In this document: positions 1-8,302 of the stretch, piece after piece
Layout of the letters: every line of letters begins with the position of its first letter
How positions within the stretch are numbered: position 1 is the first letter of the stretch
NCBI GenBank assembly: GCA_964602125.1
Contig: CAZRPR010000001.1
Location: 21,890 to 62,665 of the forward strand
Direction of reading: 5' to 3'
Origin: an uncultured Candidatus Saccharibacteria bacterium
Lineage (GTDB): Bacteria; Patescibacteriota; Minisyncoccia; CAIUEV01
DNA length: 40,776 nt
Notes under the pieces: model-generated
Told to the model about the DNA's origin: nothing
Seen by the model: only the letters and a program-made list of their open reading frames with translations
Database searches by the model: none
Translations under genes and position numbers: made by a program

Positions 1-55
1 CCTTGTCCCTTGTCCCTTGTCCCTTGTCCCTTGTCCCTTGTCCCTTGTCCCTTGT
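1..55. repeat. Heptanucleotide tandem array (CCCTTGT)n, cut by window edge
   Basis: Read directly: ccttgt followed by 7 perfect cccttgt units. The array ends 6 nt before the typA stop codon (62-64, minus strand). The same unit recurs at 19029-19097 and 38676-38710. Confidence 0.95.
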
Positions 56-61
56 TCCTCT

Positions 62-1840
62 CTACCTCTTCGCTCTCTTCCTATCAATCTCCTTTAAACC
101 TTGTTTACGCAGACGGACGCTCAGGGGCGTAATTTCCATATATTCATCTTCCGCCATAATCTCCAAACCTCGCTCCACCGTCACTTCCATTGGCGGAATC
201 AACGCAATGGCATCATCTGAACCGGAAGCCCGCATATTCGTCAGTTGTTTGCCCTTAATCGGATTAACAGTCATGTCATCTCCCTTAGAAGTGTTTCCAA
301 TGACCATACCTTCATAAACTTCCGTACCGGGACTGATATAAAGTACCCCTCGATCTTGCAAATTATATAGAGAAAAACCGAGTGCCTTACCGGGAATCAT
401 AGAAATCATCGAGCCCACCACCCGCTTCTTAATCTCGCCCACAAACGGCCGATAGCCAATCACCCTTGAGCACAGTGTCCCTTCTCCTTTAGTATCGACA
501 ATAAATTCGTTGCGAAAACCCAAAAGCCCGCGAGTCGGCACTTCAAAAATAATGCGCGTTTCCTTGCCTCTTTTCTCCATCTCCGTCATCAGCCCCTTTC
601 TACGGCTCATCTTCTCAATCACCGTCCCCGTCAACTCCTCCGGCACATCAATCGTCGCCTCCTCAAAAGGTTCCATTTTCACCCCGTCTACCTCTCGAAT
701 AATCACTTTAGGCTGAGAAACTTGCAGTTCATAACCTTCTCGTCGCATATTTTCAATCAAAACAGCCACGTGCAGTTCTCCGCGACCAAAAACTTTAAAG
801 GGGTCTGAGTCCAGTTCGATCTTAAGACCCACATTAACTTCTAATTCCTTGGCCAATCTTTCTCTTAATTGCTTTCCTGTCACAAATTTACCTTCTCGAC
901 CGGCAAAGGGCGAATTATTCACCAAAAGATTAAGCGAAATAGTCGGTTCGTCCACTTTAATAGCTGGTAGGGCTTCTTGGTCTGCTCTTTCACAAAGCGT
1001 ATCTCCAATGTCAATATTAGGAAAACCCGCCACCATCACAATATCTCCGGCAAAAGCCTCCGCCGCTTCCTCTCTCTCCAGCCCCTTAAAGGTGAAAAGT
1101 TTGGTAATCCTGCTAGTTTCTATTTTACCGTCAGTCTTTTTAAGCGTCAGCGTTGAACCTTGTTTAATCGTACCTTCATGAATTCTACCGACGGCCAAAC
1201 GACCCAAAAAATTGTCATAACCTAAATTGAAAGGTTGAAACCTAAGTGCCGCTTCTTTATTCGCCGGGGCCGGCTTAACTTTAAGCAAAACCGTATCCAG
1301 CAGAGGCGAAAGATCTTTCGTTTCATCGGCCAAACTAATTTTAGCTATACCGGCCTTACCGTTAGCATAAATAGTCGTAAAATCAAGTTGTTCGTCCGTA
1401 GCTCCCAAATCAAAAAATAGTTCAAAAACTTTTTCCTGTGCCATTTCCGGCTCCGCGCCCGTCTTGTCAATTTTATTGATAATCACTATAGGATGAAGGC
1501 CTAATTCCAATGATTTCTTCAGCACAAAACGTGTTTGAGGCATCGGTCCCTCTTTTGCATCTACTACCAAAAGCACACTGTCAATGGAACGTAAAACTCG
1601 CTCCACTTCAGAACCGAAATCGGCGTGACCGGGAGTATCTACTATATTAATTTTAGTACCTCGATAAAAGATAGAAGCGTTTTTGGAATAAATAGTAATG
1701 CCTCTTTCTTTCTCCAAGTTATCTGAGTCCATCGAAACACTTTCATCGCTAACCATCCCCGTTTGCCGCATAATAGCGTCAGTTAGGGTAGTCTTGCCGT
1801 GGTCAACGTGAGCGATAATAGCAATATTTCTGGTTTCCAT
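62..1840 (-). CDS. typA: Translational GTPase TypA/BipA
   Basis: 592-aa ORF. N-terminal G domain motifs AHVDHGKTTL, DTPGHADF and NKID, with full-length EF-G-like architecture typical of TypA/BipA. Confidence 0.95.
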   Translation of the reverse strand: METRNIAIIAHVDHGKTTLTDAIMRQTGMVSDESVSMDSDNLEKERGITIYSKNASIFYRGTKINIVDTPGHADFGSEVERVLRSIDSVLLVVDAKEGPMPQTRFVLKKSLELGLHPIVIINKIDKTGAEPEMAQEKVFELFFDLGATDEQLDFTTIYANGKAGIAKISLADETKDLSPLLDTVLLKVKPAPANKEAALRFQPFNLGYDNFLGRLAVGRIHEGTIKQGSTLTLKKTDGKIETSRITKLFTFKGLEREEAAEAFAGDIVMVAGFPNIDIGDTLCERADQEALPAIKVDEPTISLNLLVNNSPFAGREGKFVTGKQLRERLAKELEVNVGLKIELDSDPFKVFGRGELHVAVLIENMRREGYELQVSQPKVIIREVDGVKMEPFEEATIDVPEELTGTVIEKMSRRKGLMTEMEKRGKETRIIFEVPTRGLLGFRNEFIVDTKGEGTLCSRVIGYRPFVGEIKKRVVGSMISMIPGKALGFSLYNLQDRGVLYISPGTEVYEGMVIGNTSKGDDMTVNPIKGKQLTNMRASGSDDAIALIPPMEVTVERGLEIMAEDEYMEITPLSVRLRKQGLKEIDRKRAKR

Positions 1841-2022
1841 AATTTAGTCTTAATAAGCCAATAAAACCTGCTTTGGGGCAGGCGATAATCTTAAACAGAT
1901 TTACTTCTTTCTTTGTAGCATATAAAAGTGAAAGAGGCAACATTTGTTTTCTTCAAAAAATCCTTTTATAATTTTTTAGTCAAACAGCTTTTTAAATAAA
2001 AATAAATTATAAACTAAATCAA

Positions 2023-3057
2023 ATGTTACAAAATCGAAAGAAAGCTCTATTTGTCTCCATGACAGCTCTTTTTCTGCTAACCGCTTTTTCGGTGGAAGCT
2101 AAAAACGGCAAACCAACAGTAAGTGTTAAAACCCAAACCGCCACTTCCATTTCTCTAGGCATTACTCAAAAAAAATTAAAGAATAAAAAAACTCATGTTC
2201 GAGTTCTCCAAAAGGGAGGGGATGATAATTACACTAAATTATTACTCCACAATAACGGCGCTAATGGTTCTAATACTCTCAATAACGAGTGTAAGACCCC
2301 TTTGGCCGGTCGTACAATTGCCAACAATAATGTTGTAATTTCTACCGATCAATTTAAGTTCGGTACTGCCAGCGCCCTATTTAATGGGGTTAGTAGCTAC
2401 TTGGCCCTAAACGATCATGCCGATTGGAATTTTGGAGGTGGCATTTGGACCGTAGACGCTTGGGTTAGAGTGAACAGTCTCGCCGGAGAAAGAACGGTTT
2501 TTTCTCAAAAAACCGATGCTCTGAACAACATTCGCGGTTTCGTTAAAACTGACGGCAGCCTCTCTCTAACTATTGAAAATAATGGCGCCACCACTTCACT
2601 CACCTCGGCCACTGGTAAAATTACCGCTAACAACTGGCATCACATCGCTTTTGTGGAAAATGGCAACGATTATTTCTTATTTGTAGACGGCAGCAAGCTA
2701 ACTTCCTTGGTCAGCTCCGTTCGACCGGCCGACTACACCGGCTTACTCTCTATCGGCTACACCGATATCCTAGACGAAACCGCTCCTTTCTCCGGCTATA
2801 TGGATGAATTCAGATTGAGCAATGGCGTTGCTCGTTGGACCGACAGTTTCACTTTGGCTACCAAAGCTTTCGGTTACGAGGAAACTTTAAACACTATCTC
2901 TAAGACGTTAAATTCCAGTGGAAAAGGTACGGTTACGCTTTCGAATTTATTGCCCAACATGGAATACTCTTTTTCCACCAAAATAAAGAAAAGGACAGAA
3001 AACAGCAAAAAATACTCTTCCTACTCAGGAGCCAGGACCGGAAGAACTTCTAACTAG
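2023..3057 (+). CDS. Secreted LamG / concanavalin-A-like lectin domain protein
   Basis: 344 aa with an N-terminal hydrophobic signal-like segment. LamG-type pattern: FGTASALFNG.SSYL, W.VDAWV, WHHIAFV, LFVDG and GYMDEFRLS, as in the Laminin_G_3 family. Confidence 0.7.
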   Translation: MLQNRKKALFVSMTALFLLTAFSVEAKNGKPTVSVKTQTATSISLGITQKKLKNKKTHVRVLQKGGDDNYTKLLLHNNGANGSNTLNNECKTPLAGRTIANNNVVISTDQFKFGTASALFNGVSSYLALNDHADWNFGGGIWTVDAWVRVNSLAGERTVFSQKTDALNNIRGFVKTDGSLSLTIENNGATTSLTSATGKITANNWHHIAFVENGNDYFLFVDGSKLTSLVSSVRPADYTGLLSIGYTDILDETAPFSGYMDEFRLSNGVARWTDSFTLATKAFGYEETLNTISKTLNSSGKGTVTLSNLLPNMEYSFSTKIKKRTENSKKYSSYSGARTGRTSN

Positions 3058-3085
3058 TAATAGATTTATCTCGAGATAGAATCTT

Positions 3086-4273
3086 ATGAAGAAAAAATCA
3101 ACTTCAAAGTCTAAAGACAAAAAACCAAAGAAGAAAATATCCCAAGCCAAAAAATTGGATAGGGAAGTGCTAACTAAAAAAAGAGGGGAACTAGATAAAA
3201 ATGAACTTAGCAAAGCGATTAGGAAAAAAAATACTCGAAAGAAAAAGTCTGGAAAAAAAATTAAAGAGCAACCCCAAATTATAGAAGAAAAAAACCCGCA
3301 AAAAATATCTTGGATGGGAGGGTTACTTTTTTTCTTAATTTTTATTTCTCTAAGCTTAATTTTTTTTCTCGGTAGCAGTTTTATTGATAGACCGAATATT
3401 GCGCCCACTGCTCAAAAGGGGGATTTGGCAGACCCAGAAAGTATCAACAAAGAGAAGTCTCTGCTCGAAATTCCTACGGCCAAAATCATTCCGCCCGAGA
3501 TTGACTCTTCCTCCTGGAAAGAATACAAAAGCGATTGGTACGGTTTTGGTCTGAACTATCCGCCCAATTGGAAACCGCCTGTCACCTCAAATCCTGTTTA
3601 CCATAAACCCGATAACCAGAACGATAATCGGGCTGCCGTCAAAGATCCTTGGGAAAAACGCTTTTTCTTCGCTAAACCCGAGGAGGAGAATAATGGATAT
3701 CTTGGCTTCGACGTTTTTGTATACAACGTTAAGACCATCAAGGAATTAAAAAACACGACAGAGTTTCCTCAAGTCCAGGCCGCCTTTATTGAAAATCAAC
3801 TTTCCTGCAACTATAATATAGAAGACCATTTGATTGAAAGTGATCTTCTCGAAGCGGAGGAAATTTACGTACCGTTGATGGATTCCTGTCTAAAAAATAC
3901 TTTTTTCTTTTCTGTTACTCGAGAGGAGTATATTTATAATATTGTGCCTCGAATAAAAGATGATTACATACCTCAAAAAGATATCAAGGAGGAAGTGGTG
4001 GCTCAGCTGCCTGATTTTTTTGGTGTCGCTCCCAGCTTTACACTGATCAAGATTAATCAAGTCAAACCCAAACCGAAAATTACCGCCCCTATGCCCGTCT
4101 CTTTTGCGGTGGTCAATGGTCGTTTGGTCTGTAACAAAAAAAATGACAAACCGGGAAAAAGTGACAAAACGAAGCACAGGCACCTAGATCTGGAGTGCTG
4201 TCTCGATCCGGACGAGTACCCAAACCCTCATTGCACCTACGATCCCGGGAAGTACGGCAAATATTTGAAATAA
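3086..4273 (+). CDS. Hypothetical membrane-anchored protein with Lys-rich N-terminus and Cys/His-rich C-terminal tail
   Basis: 395-aa ORF. About 75 aa of K-rich low complexity, one TM segment (GGLLFFLIFISLSLIFFLG), then an extracytoplasmic domain ending HRHLDLECCLDPDEYPNPHC. No family recognised. Confidence 0.55.
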   Translation: MKKKSTSKSKDKKPKKKISQAKKLDREVLTKKRGELDKNELSKAIRKKNTRKKKSGKKIKEQPQIIEEKNPQKISWMGGLLFFLIFISLSLIFFLGSSFIDRPNIAPTAQKGDLADPESINKEKSLLEIPTAKIIPPEIDSSSWKEYKSDWYGFGLNYPPNWKPPVTSNPVYHKPDNQNDNRAAVKDPWEKRFFFAKPEEENNGYLGFDVFVYNVKTIKELKNTTEFPQVQAAFIENQLSCNYNIEDHLIESDLLEAEEIYVPLMDSCLKNTFFFSVTREEYIYNIVPRIKDDYIPQKDIKEEVVAQLPDFFGVAPSFTLIKINQVKPKPKITAPMPVSFAVVNGRLVCNKKNDKPGKSDKTKHRHLDLECCLDPDEYPNPHCTYDPGKYGKYLK

Positions 4274-4399
4274 AGCTTGCATATTATCTTAAAACGTGAT
4301 AGTCTCGAGAGCGTTGTAAAAATTGTTACTTTGATACGAAGTAAAAAGTATATCAAACTGATTTAGGTTTTTATTATTATTCTCTTTTATTCTCACTTT

Positions 4400-4460
4400 C
4401 CTAAGCCGGTTTTATACTCACCTCGCGAAACCGCAGGCTTTAGGGATTTTTTAATTTTTT
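4400..4460 (+). terminator. Intrinsic-terminator-like hairpin plus T-run, serving as terminator of the 3086-4273 gene or as leader attenuator of the helicase gene
   Basis: cctaagccggttt..aaaccgcaggctttagg forms a two-tier stem (cctaa-gcc/ggc-tttagg, cggttt/aaaccg). It is followed by gattttttaatttttt. Confidence 0.55.
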
Positions 4461-4514
4461 GAAAAACCCCGCATTCATTGGGACAATTTTTTAATTAATT
4501 TTAAAAAATCTCAA

Positions 4515-5750
4515 ATGTACAACAATCGATCAAATCGACCATCCTCCTTTAGTGGAAGAGGTGGTAGGGGAGGGAACAACTCCGGCCGAAGCTTCGGTCA
4601 ATTCAGACCTAAATTTTGGGGGAACCGCAGAGGATCTTCCCAGGGAAAAAGCATTGACGTTTCCCGCTTTATTTCTAAGGCCGCTCCTGGGCAAAGAGAG
4701 GAAGTTTATGTTCCCGCTAATCGCTTTGTTGATTTCGACATTGACAATCGACTGAAGCAAAACATTCTTCAAAAGGGATATACTGATCCTACCCCAATTC
4801 AAGATCAGGTCATTCCTCACATTCTTAACGGCAAGGACTTAGTCGGCTTAGCTGACACCGGCACGGGTAAAACGGCCGCCGTTCTTATTCCTTTGATTGA
4901 CAAAGTGTTGCGTAACCGCAATGACAAAGTTTTGATTATGACCCCGACTCGAGAGTTGGCGTTGCAAATCGAAAGTGAGTTTATCGCTTTTTCAAAGGGG
5001 TTGGGACTTTGGTCAGTAGCCTGTTTTGGTGGATCCAGTTTGGGTCGCCAAATTTCTTTGCTCCGACGCAATCATCACTTCGTTATCGGTACTCCGGGAC
5101 GATTGAAGGACTTAATTGAACGTCGAGTACTTGATCTTTCCGGCTTTAATAACGTCGTTTTAGATGAAGTAGATCGTATGTTTGACATCGGTTTCGTGAA
5201 AGAAATTAAACATTTAATGAGCTTTCTACCGAAAGAGAGACAATCGCTCTTTTTCTCCGCCACCATGTCTCGAAACGTTGAGACCTTGATCGGAGAAGCG
5301 GCTAGAAACCCCATCACTGTTTCCGTCAAAAGAACCACTAATGTTTCCAATATTGAGCAGGATATCATTCGTATTAATCGCTTCCAGGACAAAACGGAAG
5401 TGCTGTGTGAAATGTTAGCCAAAGATGAATTTAAAAAAGTGTTAATTTTCGGTCGTACCAAGATGGGAGTAGACAGACTTTCTCGTACCCTTTACCAAAA
5501 GGGACTTCGCACCGAATCTATTCACGGTGATAAGAATCAACGGGGAAGAGAGAAGGCGCTGAATCTTTTTAAGACTGACCGCATCAATATTCTCGTAGCC
5601 ACGGACGTAGCCGCTCGAGGATTGGATATTCCTGACGTTTCTCACGTCATCAATTTCGATGTACCTCAAACTTACGACGACTACATCCACCGAATCGGTA
5701 GAACCGGCCGCGCCAACAAGAAAGGCCAGGCTTTAACCTTTGTGGAATAG
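4515..5750 (+). CDS. DEAD-box ATP-dependent RNA helicase (DEVD variant) with N-terminal RGG/SR-rich tail
   Basis: Q-motif (TPIQ), ADTGTGKT, PTRELA, DEVD, SAT and HRIGRTGR. The first 45 aa or so are an Arg/Gly/Ser-rich low-complexity region. Confidence 0.92.
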   Translation: MYNNRSNRPSSFSGRGGRGGNNSGRSFGQFRPKFWGNRRGSSQGKSIDVSRFISKAAPGQREEVYVPANRFVDFDIDNRLKQNILQKGYTDPTPIQDQVIPHILNGKDLVGLADTGTGKTAAVLIPLIDKVLRNRNDKVLIMTPTRELALQIESEFIAFSKGLGLWSVACFGGSSLGRQISLLRRNHHFVIGTPGRLKDLIERRVLDLSGFNNVVLDEVDRMFDIGFVKEIKHLMSFLPKERQSLFFSATMSRNVETLIGEAARNPITVSVKRTTNVSNIEQDIIRINRFQDKTEVLCEMLAKDEFKKVLIFGRTKMGVDRLSRTLYQKGLRTESIHGDKNQRGREKALNLFKTDRINILVATDVAARGLDIPDVSHVINFDVPQTYDDYIHRIGRTGRANKKGQALTFVE

Positions 5751-5791
5751 GGACCGCCTGATCTTAGATGATAGAATCAAGATGGAGGAGC

Positions 5792-5925
5792 AATTCCCCT
5801 CTTGAGAGGGGTGCCCGAACGGTAGTGAGGGCGGGGTGTGTCAACAGTGATTATAGTAATTATTTGTTTCACACACCCCGACTTCGTCGCTTCGCTCCTC
5901 AGCCACCCCTCTCAAGAGGGGAATT
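5792..5925. mobile_element. ORF-less inverted-repeat (MITE-like) element of the Box1/Box2 arm family
   Basis: The left arm 5792-5841 reads aattcccctcttgagaggggtg..cggggtgtgt. The right arm 5871-5925 reads acacaccccg..ccacccctctcaagaggggaatt. The terminal 22 nt and inner 10 nt are perfectly complementary, and the spacer is 29 nt. Same boxes as the arms framing the DUF559 gene at 13573-14066. Confidence 0.75.
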
Positions 5926-5938
5926 TTGGTATTAAAAA

Positions 5939-5976
5939 AGACCTCGAACTTAATTGTTCGGGGTCTTTTGTTTTTT
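5939..5976. terminator. Bidirectional intrinsic terminator between the convergent helicase and DUF4189 genes
   Basis: An 11-bp stem agacctcgaac/gttcggggtct (one G-U) with loop ttaatt. There is a T-run tttgtttttt on the plus strand and ttttttaat on the minus strand. Confidence 0.75.
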
Positions 5977-5983
5977 ATAGGAA

Positions 5984-6400
5984 TTATCTGTAGTGATTTC
6001 GTCGATGATGACGATTGCCTGAGCAGGCCCAACAAATCAATCGACAGTTGGATCCTCGGTTTTGACACTCCGCTAAAGCTCGTTTTTTAGCATCATCCAT
6101 GTTATTAAACCCATGAGAATAACCGGTAGCTCCACTCTCTGCCCTCGCTAAAGCTCCGCAAGAGTCCCTAAACCACGCTTTCCAAACACAATCCGATTCA
6201 CCACAGTTGGCTTTTGCGGCAGCAATGGCACCATCAGCAGAACCGTGCCCCTGCGAGTAACCACATCTACCCGTTGAGGAAGAATAGGCAATAGCTCCGT
6301 ACTCTGCTTTTGATTGGCTCACCCCAAGAATGAAAATTACTGTCATTAAGATGGCCAGCATCAACAAGTGAAGTTTTTTCATCTTTGCTACTCCCATCAT
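5984..6400 (-). CDS. Secreted DUF4189-like Cys-rich protein
   Basis: 138 aa with a signal peptide. Two repeats of the pattern YGA.A.S..TG..G.S.G......A...A...C....C, characteristic of DUF4189. A GGGAG RBS lies 7 nt upstream. Confidence 0.65.
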   Translation of the reverse strand: MMGVAKMKKLHLLMLAILMTVIFILGVSQSKAEYGAIAYSSSTGRCGYSQGHGSADGAIAAAKANCGESDCVWKAWFRDSCGALARAESGATGYSHGFNNMDDAKKRALAECQNRGSNCRLICWACSGNRHHRRNHYR

Positions 6401-6484
6401 CTACTTACTCCCTTTTAAAAGAACATTATGGGTCAAAAGACCTGTTTGACTGTTCTACAGGAGAAAAAGAGGAGAGTCAAGAAG

Positions 6485-6526
6485 GGAAGTTGAAAGTTAA
6501 AAGTTAAAAGTTGAAAGTTAAAAGTT
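6485..6526. repeat. Heptanucleotide array (RAAAGTT)6
   Basis: ggaagtt gaaagtt aaaagtt aaaagtt gaaagtt aaaagtt, read directly. Confidence 0.9.
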
Positions 6527-6550
6527 TTCGGAAGATTTTCAATTTCTAAT

Positions 6551-6597
6551 TTTGCATTTTTAACTTTTAATTTTGAATTTTTAACTTTGCATTTTTT
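6551..6597. repeat. Heptad-periodic T-rich array (TTTNNAN), opposite polarity to 6485-6526
   Basis: tttgcat ttttaac ttttaat tttgaat ttttaac tttgcat tttttca. It contains AACTTTT units complementary to the upstream AAAAGTT array and runs into the stop codon (6597-6599) of the YabE-like gene. Confidence 0.8.
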
Positions 6598-7589
6598 CAC
6601 TCTTCTCCCGTATAACTAAACCCCTTATTCAACACTTCCTCCACCTTCACTCGCGTGGTGCCTTGCCCCAGCGGTGCCAACTTTGAGAAGGCCTCTTTGC
6701 TTAAATCGATCAATTTACCTGTTCCCGCCTGCGGTCCATAACCTTCAACGCGCACAAAGGCTTGTCTGCCGTTATCACGATTGGTTACTCGTAGCCAAGT
6801 CCCGGCCGGAAAATCTCTGGAACTGCAACTTGTTGGGTCCGTACCGTACCAACTGGCAATGCCTGAGTCTGACTTACCTACATTAATCTTCGTACCGAGA
6901 CTGATTTTTTCCGTTATCGCCTCCTTGACGGTTTTGGAGCTGATTTTAACCTTAGAAACGATTTCACCATTTTCATAACTGATCTTATACACCGTCTCCT
7001 TTTCTCCCTTCTCTCCCTTTTGACTTACTTGCTTAATTCCCCAATCAACTTTAGGGTCTTTGGCTGTAATAGTCTTAAAATCAATCGCTTCTTTTTCTGT
7101 CACTTCTTCATGTTTAATACGAGTAATGGTTATTTTTAATCCATCTCTAAGACTTTCGGTTTTACTCGGTTTTACTTCATCTAGGTGACTCAGATGAATT
7201 TCGTTTTCCAAAATCGCGTCCAACACCGTTGGCAGAAAAGATTGGTTTTTGATAGTTTTTCCGTCCACCGCAATTTCCACACTGGCCGGTCGATCAATCA
7301 CAATTTTCGTACCAGGAAAGATTGGGGTTTTCCGATCGGGATATATTCTGTCCACTTGATTAATCGCGATTTTCTTCTCAGCCAAAAATTCCTCGACCGT
7401 TATCTTATCACTCATTACATACCTTGAAAGTCCGTCCTCATCAATTTCTATTGGCTTGGGAAAATCAAAAACCAACTTTCTTTCTCGTGGAAAAAAAGAA
7501 TATTTTTGATTAAAAAGCCAACCGAAAAAAATCGCTTCACTAAGCAAAACCAAGCTGGCCAAAATTTTTGTAATTTTCATGATTTCCAA
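6597..7589 (-). CDS. YabE-like cell-wall protein: DUF348 + G5 + RlpA-like double-psi beta-barrel (3D) domain
   Basis: 330 aa with an N-terminal TM/signal. DUF348-like segment (ITVEEFL..INQVDRIYP..GTKIVIDR). G5-like segment (EKEAIDFKTITAKDP..QKGEKGEKETVYKISYENGE). C-terminal GIASWYG...RVTNRDNGRQAFVRVEGYGP..IDLSKEAF, typical of the RlpA/3D fold. Confidence 0.75.
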   Translation of the reverse strand: MEIMKITKILASLVLLSEAIFFGWLFNQKYSFFPRERKLVFDFPKPIEIDEDGLSRYVMSDKITVEEFLAEKKIAINQVDRIYPDRKTPIFPGTKIVIDRPASVEIAVDGKTIKNQSFLPTVLDAILENEIHLSHLDEVKPSKTESLRDGLKITITRIKHEEVTEKEAIDFKTITAKDPKVDWGIKQVSQKGEKGEKETVYKISYENGEIVSKVKISSKTVKEAITEKISLGTKINVGKSDSGIASWYGTDPTSCSSRDFPAGTWLRVTNRDNGRQAFVRVEGYGPQAGTGKLIDLSKEAFSKLAPLGQGTTRVKVEEVLNKGFSYTGEE

Positions 7590-7643
7590 ATTAGTCGAGT
7601 TATTCTACCATAACTTAAACAAAACAAAAACAGAAGCAACAAG

Positions 7644-7671
7644 TTGACAGAATTTTATTTATTCTTATAAT
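7644..7671 (+). promoter_or_regulatory. Sigma-70-type promoter of the toxin-antitoxin operon
   Basis: TTGACA (7644-7649), 16-nt spacer, TATAAT (7666-7671). Located 25 nt upstream of the antitoxin ATG. Confidence 0.75.
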
Positions 7672-7694
7672 TTAAGAAATTCTTAATTTAAGAA
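7672..7694 (+). promoter_or_regulatory. Candidate operator with three TTAAGAA half-sites (palindrome plus one direct repeat)
   Basis: ttaagaa-a-ttcttaa (7672-7686) is a 15-nt palindrome, followed by a third ttaagaa at 7688-7694. It lies between the -10 box and the start codon of the AbrB-type antitoxin. Confidence 0.55.
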
Positions 7695-7695
7695 A

Positions 7696-7965
7696 ATGTT
7701 AAATCAAAAATTGCAAGAAGAGGAAAGTGAATTGGTAAAAATAAGAAGAAATTACCAAATTACAATCCCTCAAATTTTTAGAAAAGATGGCAATCTATCC
7801 TTAGGTGACTATATCGAAATTAAAGCTAAGAAAAACTGTTTCATTCTCAGACCGGTAAAAATAGTTTATTCGGAAGACGTTGCAGACGACGATATTCGAA
7901 GCGGTAGATTAATTGGACCTTTTAAAGACGCTAAGGAAACCATAAAAGCTTTAAAGACCAAATAA
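7696..7965 (+). CDS. AbrB/SpoVT (MazE-like) family antitoxin
   Basis: 89 aa. Swapped-hairpin motif VKIRRNYQITIPQIFRKDGNLSLGDYIEIK...ILRPV. Its stop codon directly abuts the toxin start. Confidence 0.75.
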   Translation: MLNQKLQEEESELVKIRRNYQITIPQIFRKDGNLSLGDYIEIKAKKNCFILRPVKIVYSEDVADDDIRSGRLIGPFKDAKETIKALKTK

Positions 7966-8226
7966 GTGAAAATTTATTTTACCAAAAGCTTCTCTCGAGA
8001 CTATAAAAAATTGAGTAAAGAATTGCAAAAAATTCTTGATAGGAAAATTGGGGTTTTAGTTGAAAATTGGATGCATCCGGGTTTAAGAATCAAAAAAATG
8101 CAAGGATATCAGAATGTTTGGGAGGGAAGGATTACTAGAGGATATCGCTTTACTTTTGAATGGCAGGAAGAGAATCTGATTCTGAGGAGAACCGGTAAAC
8201 ATGATATTTTAGACAAACCGATTTAA
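7966..8226 (+). CDS. RelE/ParE-superfamily toxin
   Basis: 86 aa with a GTG start immediately after the antitoxin TAA. Pattern KIYFTKSF.RDYKKL...L...I......N..HPGL..KK..G....WE.RI...YR..F......I.L...G.HD. Confidence 0.75.
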   Translation: MKIYFTKSFSRDYKKLSKELQKILDRKIGVLVENWMHPGLRIKKMQGYQNVWEGRITRGYRFTFEWQEENLILRRTGKHDILDKPI

Positions 8227-8302
8227 TCTTCAAAATATCACGAAATAATTTCAAAAAATAAAAAATTTGGCTATACTTCTAAGAATGAATAATGGCCAAT
8301 AA

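Noticed and set aside
3-317. 104-aa ORF starting MSLVPCPLSLVPCPL
   Set aside because: Its N-terminus is just the translation of the CCCTTGT heptamer array (7-aa periodic peptide). The remainder is antisense to the well-supported typA gene.
1867-1882. cctgctttggggcagg hairpin upstream of typA resembling the tRNA-Pro(UGG) anticodon arm (CCTGC-TTTGGGA-GCAGG, one base shorter)
   Set aside because: It is a striking near-match and could be another tRNA-Pro-derived scrap. It is a single 16-nt hairpin with no flanking tRNA similarity and no adjacent palindrome, which is too little to call.
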